DNA of 57,012 nt, counting the filler, from Catajapyx aquilonaris (Eukaryota): NCBI GenBank assembly GCA_000934665.2. It is 2 parts of 2 records of this genome, joined end to end, with 100 filler letters (N's around TTAATTAATTAA, not from the genome) between each part and the next. Parts side by side here need not be neighbours in the genome. Positions count along the whole stretch, not along the records: positions 1 to 28,473 come from JYFJ02004914.1; 1 more part is not named here. One strand, 5' to 3'. The number at the start of each line of letters is the position of its first letter. The stretch's first letter is position 1. The notes below the pieces were generated by a model. That model was not told the DNA's origin. It worked only from the letters and a program-made list of their open reading frames with translations, and searched no databases. This document shows positions 1 through 11,357 of this stretch, one piece after another. The translations under genes and the position numbers were made by a program.

Positions 1-228
1 CTGCGGTTGAGTCAGTGACAACGGACATGCTGGCACGAGTATAGGAGGAATTGCACTATCGGATTGACGTTTCTCGAGTGACCAAGGGAAGTCATATGGA
101 ACATTTATAAGGTACGAAATAAACTTTAAAACCTCCTCTTTCATTTGGTGCATAACACGTTCATGTGCGGTTGATAGGTACGGAGCTATATGCATTTGTA
201 ATTATACTATTCATTTGTAATCACCCTG
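1..228 (+). mobile_element. 3' end of a decayed Tc1/mariner element (transposase C-terminus plus right TIR)
   Basis: 3-110 translates AVESVTTDMLARV*EELHYRIDVSRVTKGSHMEHL*, resembling the Tc1/mariner C-terminus (..DMLxRVWxELxYRxDVCRxTxGxHIEHL). It ends in CACCCTG followed by TA at 229-230. Confidence 0.75.
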
Positions 229-917
229 TATGTAGAGGGATCATCATGTCTAGGCAGCCACATCACGTAGATAATTGATCATTTGCGAAGTAGCGATTGC
301 GCTTAAGCGGGATTGTAGAATAGCAGTGCATCTGGGGGGAACTGCATTCTAAGAGCCCTTAGTGACTACCCCAATAGCAGTGTGGCAGTAGCCCCCCAGA
401 AAATAGCTGCGACCTTCACCTGTGATGCGATTGGCGGCTGAAGGTTTGCATACCTGCCAGGATATTTTATACCTATTGGTTGAGGTCAATTATCTCGGTC
501 ATGCGGCGGCCCAGGCCTATGATTCCGATACTGCAAATGATCATCTGCTGACCATTACGCCATTGGCATATGGCTTATGGTAGAGTTCCGATACACCCTG
601 TATAAGTACTATACGGTACGGTGTATACTGCTATAACCCTAAGTCTATCGTGTTTTACGAAGTATTTCTAAAAAGCCCATCAAATTTGCAACAAATAATC
701 AAGTTCTCTGTGTTTTACGTAATAATAACCTTTCACGGTGGACAATGATCACTCCCTACAGCCTACACTATTTATCCCTGTACTATGTGTTTATGCAGGG
801 TAGAAATATATTGTACCATGGCCGAATTGAATATATTGAGCATCAGACACTTTCGAAAATAGTTTATGGACAGATTGGTGCAAATATTAATAAGGCATGC
901 AGCATATCATATGGTGA

Positions 918-1146
918 GTTCCAAGTGTTGGAGTCCTTTTAGGAGTCTCAAATTTCGCCGGAAGTTATTATTGTGTAGCTCTTTGCACCCCGATGGAGGT
1001 GCCCAATTATACTATATAATAGCAGTTGCTATAATCGACTACACCTGGGAATAATGGGGCACCTCCATCGGGGTGAAAAAAGCTATACACAATAATAACA
1101 ACTGGCGAAAGTGATAACTGACTAAAAGGACCCCAATACTGGGAAC
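918..1146. repeat. Imperfect foldback / MITE-like inverted repeat
   Basis: ~90-bp arms, e.g. ttattattgtgtagct..caccccgatggaggtgccc versus gggcacctccatcggggtg..agctatacacaataataa, around a ~40-bp spacer. Confidence 0.75.
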
Positions 1147-2114
1147 GCGCATTATAAATAAGTTGCAAGATTCTTTGGTGGTGGTGCTGTGGGGGGGGGG
1201 GGNNNNNGGGGGGGGGGGGGAGAGAAGAAGTGAATGATTTTAAAACAATACCCCTAACTCAGACGCAAGATTATGAGAGGCAATTTACAGGTAACTAGAA
1301 TATGGAGCTATGTAATGAAATGCCGTATATTTTCTTTGTGGATAATGCACCACTTTTATGGATTGGCATGGAACACGTAGGCTATTGGTTTTGCCACAGC
1401 AGTCTCACTATTTAAATAATTTGAAGTATTGAAAGACTGCATTACACCGTCTTTATCATAGATGCAGCATGTGACACCTCCATCACCTCGGTGACTCTCT
1501 GCTACACCTAATGAGATTGCAGTGTATACAGTGTGATCCAACTTTATCGCCCCAACAGTTATTGGAAAAATCGCGTAAGCTGCTACTTGCTAAGAGTTAC
1601 TTTCTCGAGTATCTGGAATAGCACCTGCTGATATTAGGTGCAATGCCCATGTACCAATTAATGACCTATTTATTGACACAACCGGGTCTGGCCGGTTCGA
1701 CGGATTAGCCCTCCGATTGGCAGCTAGTGACCTCCTCTGAATTCCTCCAGCGAACACCAAAATGGGCCCTTTTGAAGGCCAACACATGAATCAGTTTGGA
1801 GATGAGGAAATAAATGAGATGATGACACCTTTCCATTTCAGGGTCGCAACAGTTCGCATCCGACCCCTCGCGATTGACCCATTTGGCCAGTCCCAACCCG
1901 GCAGACGACCTGTTTCCTACGGGTGACCCCCTTTTCCTTCATTAATTGGTACTCTACATGGGCATTGGATTTAATATCAGCAGGTGCTATTCCAGATACT
2001 CGCGAAAGTAACTCTTAGCAAGTTGCTGCTTAAAAAGTAGCAGCTTACGCGATTTTTCCAATAACTGTTGGGGCGATAAAGTTGGATCACCCTGTATTAA
2101 AATCTCATGGTAAA

Positions 2115-2855
2115 AGCCTTGTTTCCACCGGCACAATTTTCTAGCACAAAAACAAATTTTGATGGAAAGAATAAAAAGGGAGCACAAAATGAAGCACAAT
2201 CCTGGATTATTCCAAAGTGCAAAATTTTGAACTGTTCACAAATTGTGCCCTGCACAAAATGGGAATCCAAGATGGCCGACCATGCAAGGCCGTCAACTGT
2301 GGAATTATCGGAATTATTTTCCGATAATTCAAGCACAATTGACGGCTGAATTCAGCCAAACGATTTTCGGACGGGGATGCAGTTTAAATAAAATACATTG
2401 GCCAATACATTATACTCCCGCCATTCCACCCGCGCCCCTGCAGATCGGAGGACCCCGCTCCCCGACTTGGCGGGGAGGCCGTCCCCCGCCGGCCAACATG
2501 GACCGGCTACTCCCGCAAGATTAATCACTTTGCGCCTCGGCCACTGGATCGCGTGTCGTCGTGTGTGTCTAGCCAGCAAGTAGATATGTCCTCCAAGGTG
2601 CAGCCAGGTCCGAGGGAGTATGCGGAGATCAACTTGGGGGCTGCACTATCAACCTAGTTTTGGCTCCGGCCATAAGCTCAGGTCCTATGTCTTTGGCCAC
2701 GTTCTTCCCTTTGGTTTTTGTGAAAATGACAAAAATTGTGCTGGTTGGAACAGGTGTGGAATTTGTGCGCCACAAAATCGTCTAGGAACAAAAATTGTGC
2801 TGGCTTTCATTTTGTCCAGAACAAATATAGTGCCGATGCCGGTGGAAACAAGGCT
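2115..2855. mobile_element. Non-autonomous TIR element, probably a PIF/Harbinger-type MITE
   Basis: Perfect terminal IR AGCCTTGTTTCCACCGGCA / TGCCGGTGGAAACAAGGCT, subterminal repeated GCACAA / TTGTGC motifs and a GC-rich core. The 3-bp TSD is not cleanly conserved. Confidence 0.7.
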
Positions 2856-4001
2856 TGACACTCACATTTTAAGTGAAAAAAAGGCGCGAAGTCGCGTGGA
2901 AGGACGTATATAAGTTTATGTCAGGATATCTTATACCTTGTGTTTCAAATCCATTATACGTAGGCTACTGTACACCTATAAAGAAAAGGGTGATCCTCTG
3001 GTCCCTGGGAGTTAGCAGCACGAGCCTCCTTTACTTTTCACTAACATGCTGCATGCAAGGTGTTTCATTGATTCAGACGAACCTTTATAGGCCGATTTGC
3101 CTGCTATCAGCTCTTACCCTGGTAAAATACCGGTACTGTAGAAAATTCAAAATATTTTGCCATAAAAAATACTTCTTTCACAGTTGCACTAATGTGAAAA
3201 TTCGTTATAATGATCCATCGACAATGCAGTATTTCACACCTACTCGTTTACTTTGCCATAATATAAAATGGAACTGACTACAAGTTATTTTTGTAATTGA
3301 GGTGTCACAGTATACAAAGTATTAATAATGAATTATATTAATGAATACAATTATGTCATTATATTTTCTGTCTCATGAAAACGATTGTATTTACTGTTGA
3401 CAAAGTTTTGTATGAAACCTTCAATTATGTTGTTTTTATGTGCAGTAATGGAAGGGTGAGTTTTGGTTTATCGGATGGTGAAAGTTGGGCGAGCTTTTCC
3501 CCATTAATCTTGCTTCTCATAAGTCCAAAAACGTTGCGGTGGCAGAATGGCTGGCATCTGAAAGGTCGAAGGCGTTTCCGCCCACAGAATGAAGCCTTCA
3601 TCAGAGACCTGAATATGAAATCTCGGAGACGAATCGCAAGTTTTCAAACTTTTTCTTTCCTCCTTTTCCACCTCTTCTTATTCTGGATGTAATTACAGTT
3701 GAGGCACTGAAGAAAAGTTCGATCTTTCATATTTGACTCGTTTTAAATATCAGAAATAATGAGAGACGCGTGTAAATGCCCATACCTAGAATCTTACGTA
3801 GAAGCATGAGGCGCTCACAGTAACTGTAATATAAAATAACATGGTTACAATAACTTATCATTAATTTAAACTAACTTGCAATGACAGAATATGATTACAT
3901 TCGTCACCAGAGCAGTGAACCAAAGAACTGATTTGCAATCACAAAAAATGATCGCGCGTGTCATCAGAACAATGACACAAAAAATTGAACTATAGTACTT
4001 C

Positions 4002-4824
4002 ATAAGAGCAAAAACATTCCCTTCAGTGAAAAAAGGGTAGTAAGACTTCCGTGGCGGAATGAAAGTAGGCTACTGAAACAGGGCAGGCGCACGTAAGACC
4101 TTCACCAATTGGTTTAAGCTGTAACATAGGTCTTACTCAAGCAATTTCCAATTTACTGCTCATAAAGTCTCCTTTCTGAAAACAATGAGTGGAATTTTCA
4201 TCATACTACTAGTTACTTCTAAGTTAGCAGCACCAGTGTAGTCCAATGGTACCTACTGCTATGTTAGCAGTAACTAGTAGTCCGATGAAAATTCCTTCCA
4301 TTAATTTTCCATGAGGCACTCCATATAAGTGTGTTTTCTGAAATTAGGAACTTCAATATTAACCATAATGAATTTCTGTACGATTGGTGCGAATTTATTG
4401 CCATGAGACATTTATGCAGAATATATTGTTACCTCTTTCAGATACTGATTTTTTAAAATGCAATGTGTAGTTTTTAACATGTAGTTGATGTAGACCTAAA
4501 TTGGTGAATTTTGGACGGTGTTTTTCGATTGAATTCTGCATTTTGAAGTGAGAAAATGTCGAAGTTTGTGACGATGGGTTCAGTTTATTCCCTTTTTCCT
4601 TTTGAAAATGAAACCTTTCCCACTGCTCTGAGTAGCCTGAAGTAGTAATTTTTACGAGCCATTCCATACAGTACTTCAGAATTCCTTGAGTAAGACCTAT
4701 GGTACAGCTTAAATCAATTGGTGAAGGTCTTACGTGCGCCTGCCTTGTTTCAGTAGCCTACTTTCCTTCCGCCACGGAGGTCTTACTACCCCTTTTTCAC
4801 TGAAGGGAATGTTTTTGCTCTTAT
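4002..4824. mobile_element. MITE/foldback element with ~145-bp inverted arms
   Basis: 4002-4148 (ataagagcaaaaacattcccttcagtgaaaaa...ggtcttactcaagcaatttc) is the near reverse complement of ~4679-4824. GTAAGAC motifs recur in the arms. Confidence 0.85.
4191..4295. mobile_element. Small palindromic MITE nested in the 4002-4824 element; same family as 6617-6962
   Basis: ggaattttcatc..ctactagttac / gtaactagtag..gatgaaaattcc, with internal (t)gctaagttagcag / tgctatgttagcag motifs shared with 6617-6962. Confidence 0.65.
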
Positions 4825-4984
4825 TTCAGTTCTTTTTTAAATCCCCTTCGCTACCAGCTATCTCCAGCAGAACTTGAGTTAGGGCGAATAAAAAAACATA
4901 ACAAGAAGAAGTAAGAAGTCGGAAAAATTCATTGTTGAAAATTGTTGTGCGGTCTTACTTAGGGGCTCCCGTCCCTAAAATGTC

Positions 4985-5370
4985 ACAGCAACTGTTCGTA
5001 GAAGTAGGCACAACCTATACAACTACACGCAACATGGAATGTCTCACGTTTTCAAAAATTCCATCTGTGGTTAAAACCTCGTCGCATGAGACCAAAATTT
5101 TGGAGATAAGCTCTTCTTTACTTTCCACTGGTGTCTCGTAACCGTGACTCTTGACACATCCCCACAAAAAAATCTAGACGAGTGAGATCAGGGATTACGA
5201 GGGCCAGAGTACGGGGACCCTCCAAACCGATCCATCTGTCCACAAAGTTCGGCTGCAGGTTCGCGGGCTTCACAACCAATATGAGCAGGTCCACCGTTAT
5301 TCTGGAACCTTACGGCGAATCTCAAGTGGCACATCTTTCAAATGCTCCGGTAATGTACCGCATGTTGCAG
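4985..5370 (-). pseudogene. Degenerate Tc1/mariner-superfamily transposase fragment (catalytic C-terminal half)
   Basis: Minus strand, with frameshifts: LPEHLKDVPLEIRR..FQNNGGPAH..NFVDRWIG..WPS*SPDLTRLDFFLWGCVKSHGYETPVESKEELISKI..GIFENVRHSMLR, matching FQHDGAPAH..RWIGRGGP..WPPRSPDLTPLDFFLWGYxK. Confidence 0.8.
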
Positions 5371-5547
5371 GAAACACCCTGTTGATGCGCCCCTGTGTGC
5401 TAGGATGCAAACCTTCCAGGACATGTTATTCTCCATGATAAATATCTCGGTAACTAATGATGCGGAGACCCACAAAATCTAATAATGAATTATATTAATG
5501 AATACAATTATTTCATTATGTTTTCTGTCTCCGGTCGGTAAGCGTGC

Positions 5548-6248
5548 GTTACACGTGACTGATTCAAGATGTGAGGATTTGAAACTTGATGATCGAATTA
5601 TTTTTCTAATGTGGTGGTTTTTTAACTAAAGGAGGCTGTAATTTATCAATAAGAAATCTTACTTGACTACAAGTATCATTGAGAACTTTATTAAATAGCA
5701 TCTAACTTAACAGAACTATCATTTTGTCAACTTCTACGCGGAAGGTAAATAGACTTGTTGGAATCATGCTACTTGTTATTCTGCAAGCATGTTGCACCCG
5801 TCCTTTGAAAGGCTGCATTTAATTAGTTTTGGTAATTAATTAATCTTGTACTCGCACCTATTTTGTCTGCATGAGTTGAGGCAACACACCGTGTAATTCT
5901 GGGCGTGTAAACATTTTGCGTTGCACCCGCGCGTTGCTCTTGAATTTTCATTATTATTATTAAAGGGCTGAGCCAACGAACCTTGCAATTATTATGGATT
6001 TTTGCAATCATTAACACCTATTGTTGTGGTTGAGCCAGAAAATTGTGCGTGGAAACATTTTTGAAGACTTGAAATGCAGAATGATTGGAGTTACACGTGG
6101 CTGATGCAAGATGTGAGGGTTTGAAATTTGAAGATATAATTTTTTTTCTAATGGGGTGGTTTTTTCTAATTAAAGGAGGCTGTAATTTATCCATAGCAAA
6201 CCTTACTTGACTATCATTGAGAACTTTATTAAACATAATCTAACTTAA
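5548..6248 (+). repeat. Diverged direct repeat, two ~160-bp copies (5548-5710 and 6090-6248)
   Basis: Both copies run gttacacgtg(a/g)ctgat..caagatgtgagg..taaaggaggctgtaatttatc..cttacttgacta..tcattgagaactttattaaa..tctaacttaa. Confidence 0.85.
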
Positions 6249-6616
6249 TTATGAGCAAAAAGTGACTAATTAGTCTGCATTTGACATCATACAGTATATG
6301 TAATCTTTTACATTACCCTCCAACCCTCCAACCTGAATCTGAAACATGTAAATGTCATCTTCATGCAATACAGTATAGGCACTATACAGGGTGAGTCATA
6401 ACTGCAGGCTATCCAGCCACTAGTGGCCATATTGGACAATGGAGGTCGCAGAGGGCAAATTGAGGCCTCATGGAGTGGAGAGATAAATTTTTAATCGTCT
6501 TCAAAGGTGTTTGTTGACTCAGAAAATTTGGGTGCAGGTGACATCAGATTTGTCCTCCGAGGTCACACCTAAGTTGTCAACAACTGACAAGTGAGTGAAT
6601 TATAAACCAGGGGTCA

Positions 6617-6962
6617 AATTTTCGTCCTATTGCTAACTACTGCTAACATAGCAGTACCTGTTTTGGGACTGGAGCTGCTAAGTTAGCAGTATAATAATAA
6701 TAATTTGTACCCCGTGCTAGAGCCATGGGCCCTCTTAGGGGAGTGGGATACCACCATATTTTTCTGGAACTCTTGCTTTCGTTTTTACTTCTCGTATATG
6801 GGGATAGGATAGGGACGGAAGGAAGCGGCTGTGGCCTATAATTACGGACACGACCCCGGAATTTTCCTGGTGAGACCAATGGGAAACCACCGAAAACCAC
6901 GGTCAGGGTCGGCGGCCACCGGGATTGCTAAGTTAGCAGTAACTAGCAGTGGGACGAAAATA
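6617..6962. mobile_element. Small palindromic MITE interrupted by a SINE insertion
   Basis: attttcgtcc..ctactgctaac / gttagcagtaac..ggacgaaaat ends. Family shared with 4191-4295. Confidence 0.65.
6692..6925 (-). mobile_element. 5'-truncated tRNA-derived SINE (family of 19927-20335) with (TTA)n tail
   Basis: Perfect 16-bp TSD tgctaagttagcagta (6676-6691, 6926-6941). Shares ggaaggaagcggctgtggcctat..gggaaaccac(c/a)gaaaacca(c/a)ggtcagg and the 3' end with 19927-20335, and is truncated at the end of the B box. Confidence 0.85.
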
Positions 6963-8208
6963 ATTCGACCCAAGATACCGATAGTGACGTTAACAAGTGA
7001 CATTTTGTATATTTTCAATCCATAAATAAATCTAACGAGTGTAAGAATTTATGAATAAAATTGACCTTACAAAGGTGTTGATCCTTATCCTTCAAAGCGC
7101 GGATATTCCTGTCCAAAACTTATGCAAGCGACTATAACAACTCCTAACTGCCTTTCGCATACGATCAACTCAACTGATCAGAAAACGAGCAAAAATCATC
7201 CAGCATGATTGAAAATCCGTCTCTTGGCACGCATCTGGCTGAGCTTGAACGGTCTCCAATTGGAGCCCGCTGCCAATCAAATGGGGACCAACAGTCGCAA
7301 GGAAAGGTAAAGGGGATTTGCTGGAAGGGAATTTCAATCGCCATTAATGAACGTTCCGGACGCATTCATTTCCTGCGGCGGAAGGAAACAAAGTGGTTTC
7401 GCCTGTCGTGGCCGAATTTAACCCATTGATTCCTTTCACCCACCATGAAAGCTCTTTCGGTCCGCTCCTTGCTCCTGTTTATCACACTTCACCGAACTAA
7501 AGAATGATGCCAAACAATCATTCTTCCTTCATGTGATCCTGCTTATATGCACTTTTTTTTTAGATATCACCGACTCTTATTTTCCCCTCAGGAGGTGGAT
7601 GCACTAGCATCAGGTAATGTGTAATCGATGAGCTGCCATCAAGTCTCCAGACTTTCTGTAAGCCTCCTTTACCTCATTCCCAATTAAACTTCTGCACCCA
7701 GGGTGGAGGCCTGCAGTGCAAGATTCTGAAGTTACCAATAAGAGGAAGCTCCGCCTCTTTTGGCGTGCAATAACATAAATTAACGTAATTTAACCTAATT
7801 TTTGGCCCGAAGGAGTGAAGCACTGGGTGCAAAAACGGAACTGCTCAAAGTCAGCTTGCTCCAACGCGGTGCAAGGAAAACTATCATTCGGGGGATGGGG
7901 GGAGGGGAGTCAACAACGGTATAGAGAAGATAAAAGGAGCAGCTTGCTGCTGCAAAATAAGTGGCCTCAGGCTTTTGAATGAAGGGCATATGTAATCAAC
8001 AAATTATTACACGTAGGTCTTTTTATAAAATCGTTTCATGGCCCTGCGTGGTTGAACTGTTTGGATCGTAGTGACTGATATTGTTAGTAATTTTGGTAGG
8101 CTATGCCGCTATGTCATAATCCGGTGCTTTCTTAAGGGTTTTCCACGCACGTTATTAGTGCACCAAGGGGTGTACAGTCTCCAGCACAATTAGGGTGCCC
8201 GGTACCAT

Positions 8209-8350
8209 ACCAGACCAGTCAGTTTATCCTGAATTGTAGGCCACCTGCGCCACTTAGCCGAGCACCAACAGGCTTGGAAATGAAGATGAATCAGGTGGAA
8301 GGGTGGTGCGGGTAGGCTGCCATTCAGGATAAACCTGATGTAGGTCTGGT
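8209..8350. mobile_element. Short MITE-like inverted repeat; partial relative at ~21459-21530
   Basis: accagacc..tcagtttatcctgaat..ccacctgcgccac / gtggtgcgggtagg..attcaggataaacctga..ggtctggt. A similar left arm plus aggcttggaaa occurs at ~21459-21530. Confidence 0.6.
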
Positions 8351-8356
8351 AGACTG

Positions 8357-8503
8357 GTATCAACAGTGCAAAAAGAACTGTCCCAGTCATTCTGACGTGT
8401 GGGCTGGCCGCTCGACACACACCATGTAAGTTACATGGTGTGTGTCGAGCGGGCAGCACACACATCAGGATGACTGGGACAATTCTTTTTGAACTGATGA
8501 TAC
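8357..8503. repeat. Long near-perfect palindrome (foldback MITE-like)
   Basis: ~73-bp arms centred on catgtaa-g-ttacatg: aaaaagaactgtcccagtcat..cgctcgacacacaccatgtaa / ttacatggtgtgtgtcgagcg..atgactgggacaattcttttt. Confidence 0.85.
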
Positions 8504-8774
8504 TCTCGACAGTCGACTGTAACTTAAAGTATCAGGCTCCCAACCAAACAGCTTGGATGGGTACTGATATATCATATTTCAATGCCTTCGATCAGGCCTT
8601 CGGAAGTGTTTTTTTCTGCCATGAAGAGATCAGATTTGACTGTTGCAAATGGCTGTCCTTCACGTCCCTCATGGCTGAAAAAGGCAGGACCGATGTGATC
8701 AGCTCATGTTTGACCTATCTCTGTCTAGCTATGTTACTAGTAATAAAGTGACTTGCTTGTGGTTGCGCTTTCAG

Positions 8775-8958
8775 AACGGTCGATGGAACGGTTTAGTATC
8801 GGAATTGATCAACCGGAAGACGGACATGGTGATGACATCCCTGATGATCAACTCGGAGCGAGAGGCTGTGATTGATTTCACGGTGCCCTTCATGGAGTCA
8901 GGGATCGCCATTGTGGTCGCTAAAAGAACGGGGATCATCTCGCCCACTGCCTTTCTGG
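8775..8958 (+). CDS. Nmdar2: NMDA receptor subunit 2-like, internal exon A (end of S1 ligand-binding lobe)
   Basis: Acceptor tttcAG at 8773-8774, donor GTgagt at 8959. 184 nt, phase 0 to 1. Encodes [61 protein letters not shown], with the iGluR S1 motifs WNGL, IxxERxxVIDF and the GluN2 signature SPxAFL(EPF). Confidence 0.95.
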
Positions 8959-9949
8959 GTGAGTGTCATTTCAACTCGGGATACACACAAAAGATTTAGT
9001 ATGGATTGCCTATTTTGGGGGGACAGGACAGAGTGCTGATTTTGCATGCAGTTTTGTTTACGTATCGTCGGGTCCCGATTTAATTTCGTGTACTGTCCCG
9101 TGTAATAAGATGGCTGTGTCACAGAAACGCAGTGTTGTTTTCAATTTCGGGACGGTGTCATTTGAATCTGTATAGCAATACACATGGGTAATTCTGACCC
9201 AGAGGAGGTTGCGTAGGGTCGAAGCGGAAAACAATGCGGCGTGCACTCATTAGTGGGAAGTGTCTCAGAAAATTTTGCAAATTAACGAGAGTGGATCGTC
9301 TTGAATTGTACTGAACGGCACCGGTACTGAAATATGCGTTGCGCCTAGGGTGAGAATATTTGAGAGCTAATTTCCGTAGATTCTAATTATATTGCATAAT
9401 TATGTGATAGTGGACATGCTGTGTGTGACATGGTTTCACTTGGGGACAAATGTCATATATTATTCAAGCTATTAATGTTGCACTCTTGGAATCGAGAGCG
9501 AGTCAAACCCATTTTTTCTGGCGTTTCACTCAGATCATTCCCAAAGCTTTGATTGGGGAATAACATTTGCGGGATTAGTGTCACAAACGTGTATAGCAGT
9601 TGGCTGGAAATGCTATCATTCAAGATTTATCCGATTACTCTCACAGGCTTTTAGTGTGGGAGGGAAAAAAATGCGCAGGAATTCTGTAGTCCGTCAGTAT
9701 CACAGCATTGCAATAAATATTGATGTAAAGCTGTGGTATTTACGCCAATAATTATGTATATTAATGAATTTATGGTGAAATACTCCACCGGATGATTAAT
9801 ATTCAGAAATAAGAATCCTACTTCTTGAATTTTGTAGCTTACAGTGCCAGTGTACATCATATTCTTGTCATCAACGAGTCATTTAGTCTTTTTAGGAAAA
9901 TTTATGACAGGTTTATTGCTCAAGAATTTTCCAAGAACTGATATGAAAG

Positions 9950-10145
9950 AAGGTCGTATTTGGCGAAGTCACATCAAAAACAAGACAGCTAGGCAGTTGC
10001 CGCGCCAACAAGAGAATCTAATAATAGTTGACATACGCAGAAAAGTGGAGGATATCTGCCAAGAAATTTTTGCGTCGCAATGACTACAGTAATGGGAAGC
10101 TAGGAATATGGTCGACCCTTTTTCGAGGTGGCAACTTTGATCATG
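9950..10145 (+). pseudogene. Possible highly decayed Tc1/mariner transposase C-terminus
   Basis: IWRSHIKNKTARQLPRQQENL..DIRRKVEDICQEIF....RGGNFDH loosely matches LWGYLKxKVYxxxPxTxEELxxxIxxxxxxIxxE....GGHFEH. Confidence 0.35.
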
Positions 10146-10705
10146 CCAAAAAAAAAGTTCGGTTTTTACTGCCTATAAATTTGTAAAAGAAAAGCCTTCA
10201 GCCTCCATAAAACGTCGCTGCGGCTGAGGAAATATTGCTTTATCAGGTAATAATTTCGTACATTGTGCAATATGTTCCAATCTCAGTTCAGCCAAATTGG
10301 AAAATTTGTAGGGTTCCGCCCCGTTTTAATGCCATTATTTATGACCTATTACGATCACACCAGTACAGTACATACCCAAAAAGCGCAATTAGACACATAC
10401 TGGATGTAATGTTTCAGGCTTGGACACTCTGTGCAAGAGATGGCCCCACGCACTGCACTGTACGGCATTTCCACCACGTAATTCAATTTTTGGAAGGACC
10501 CGAAAAACATGTCAACTCTCTTTTTCACTTTCCTCGCTCGCCAATCAGCATGTCTCATGTGGCCGTGGATTCTGAAGACCCATTGCATCATACATTTTCT
10601 GTCTTTTTTTTGTCCATTCCCTATTTTGCACGTTCCTGACTTGCCCAATGTAGCGCACTGCAAAAAAAGGGGACATGTTTCTTATTCACCGGGGGCCATT
10701 TGCAG

Positions 10706-10815
10706 AACCTTTCGACACAGCGTTATGGATGCTGGTGGGTTTTGTGGCCATCCAAGTGTCGGCGCTCACCATCTTTTTCTTCGAGTGGCTCAGCCCTTCT
10801 GGCTTTGATGCCAAG
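10706..10815 (+). CDS. Nmdar2: NMDA receptor subunit 2-like, internal exon B (pre-M1/M1)
   Basis: Acceptor ttgcAG at 10704-10705, donor GTaaga at 10816. 110 nt, phase 1 to 0. Split codon G+AA gives E, then [36 protein letters not shown]. Confidence 0.95.
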
Positions 10816-11357
10816 GTAAGACAGATGCTGGTGTGCGTGTGGGTATTTGTAGGTCTGTTCTCATCATCTTTCTTGTCGAGCCCAGCAATAGATCACTGCT
10901 GGTTGTCCTCATTCGTGGTCAAAAAATATGCATGTGCAATGGAAATGCACGAGTAAACATACTGTGAATTTCCTCCAGGTGGCGCTGATCTGTTATATTT
11001 CCTTTACCGCGTTCATAGGACAGAGCCATATACCGCTGAAAATGGCAGCCGATGGTCCCCATATGGCGCTCAAGGGACTACTGCATAATTTCACATCTGC
11101 CACTGTTGCTTAATTACCCTGCATATACCTGAACCAACCTATTTGGCAGTCCTGACCCATCGACTTATCTTAATTCCACGCCATACCTCAAGCAAAACGC
11201 GATAATTTATGGATATAGTCCGTTACTAAGGCTCTGACTGTGAGTATGTCATAGCATTCATGTGACACCAGGTACTTCAAAAACAGTGTGTCTAACACAA
11301 CGACTAGCACTCGCTAATTTTCACCTTGTTAGCGTGCTGATGGTTGTATATCACCAA

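Noticed and set aside
6673..6693. Minus-strand ORF 6643-6900 contains YTANLAA, identical to the iGluR M3 motif
   Set aside because: It is created by the MITE motif agctgctaagttagcagta plus the SINE TAA tail. The flanks are not receptor-like, and the codons differ from exon D at most third positions, so it is neither an antisense exon copy nor a good pairing partner.
7572..7613. Short AG...GT-bounded segment near 7592-7613 as an upstream Nmdar2 micro-exon
   Set aside because: 22 nt with no similarity to the expected S1 sequence (..DGKWG..), so it is probably a chance pair of splice-like sites.
10355..10663. Cys/His-rich minus-strand ORF, possibly a PHD-like transposase tail
   Set aside because: The Cys spacing needs several frameshifts to fit. 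Too degenerate to call.
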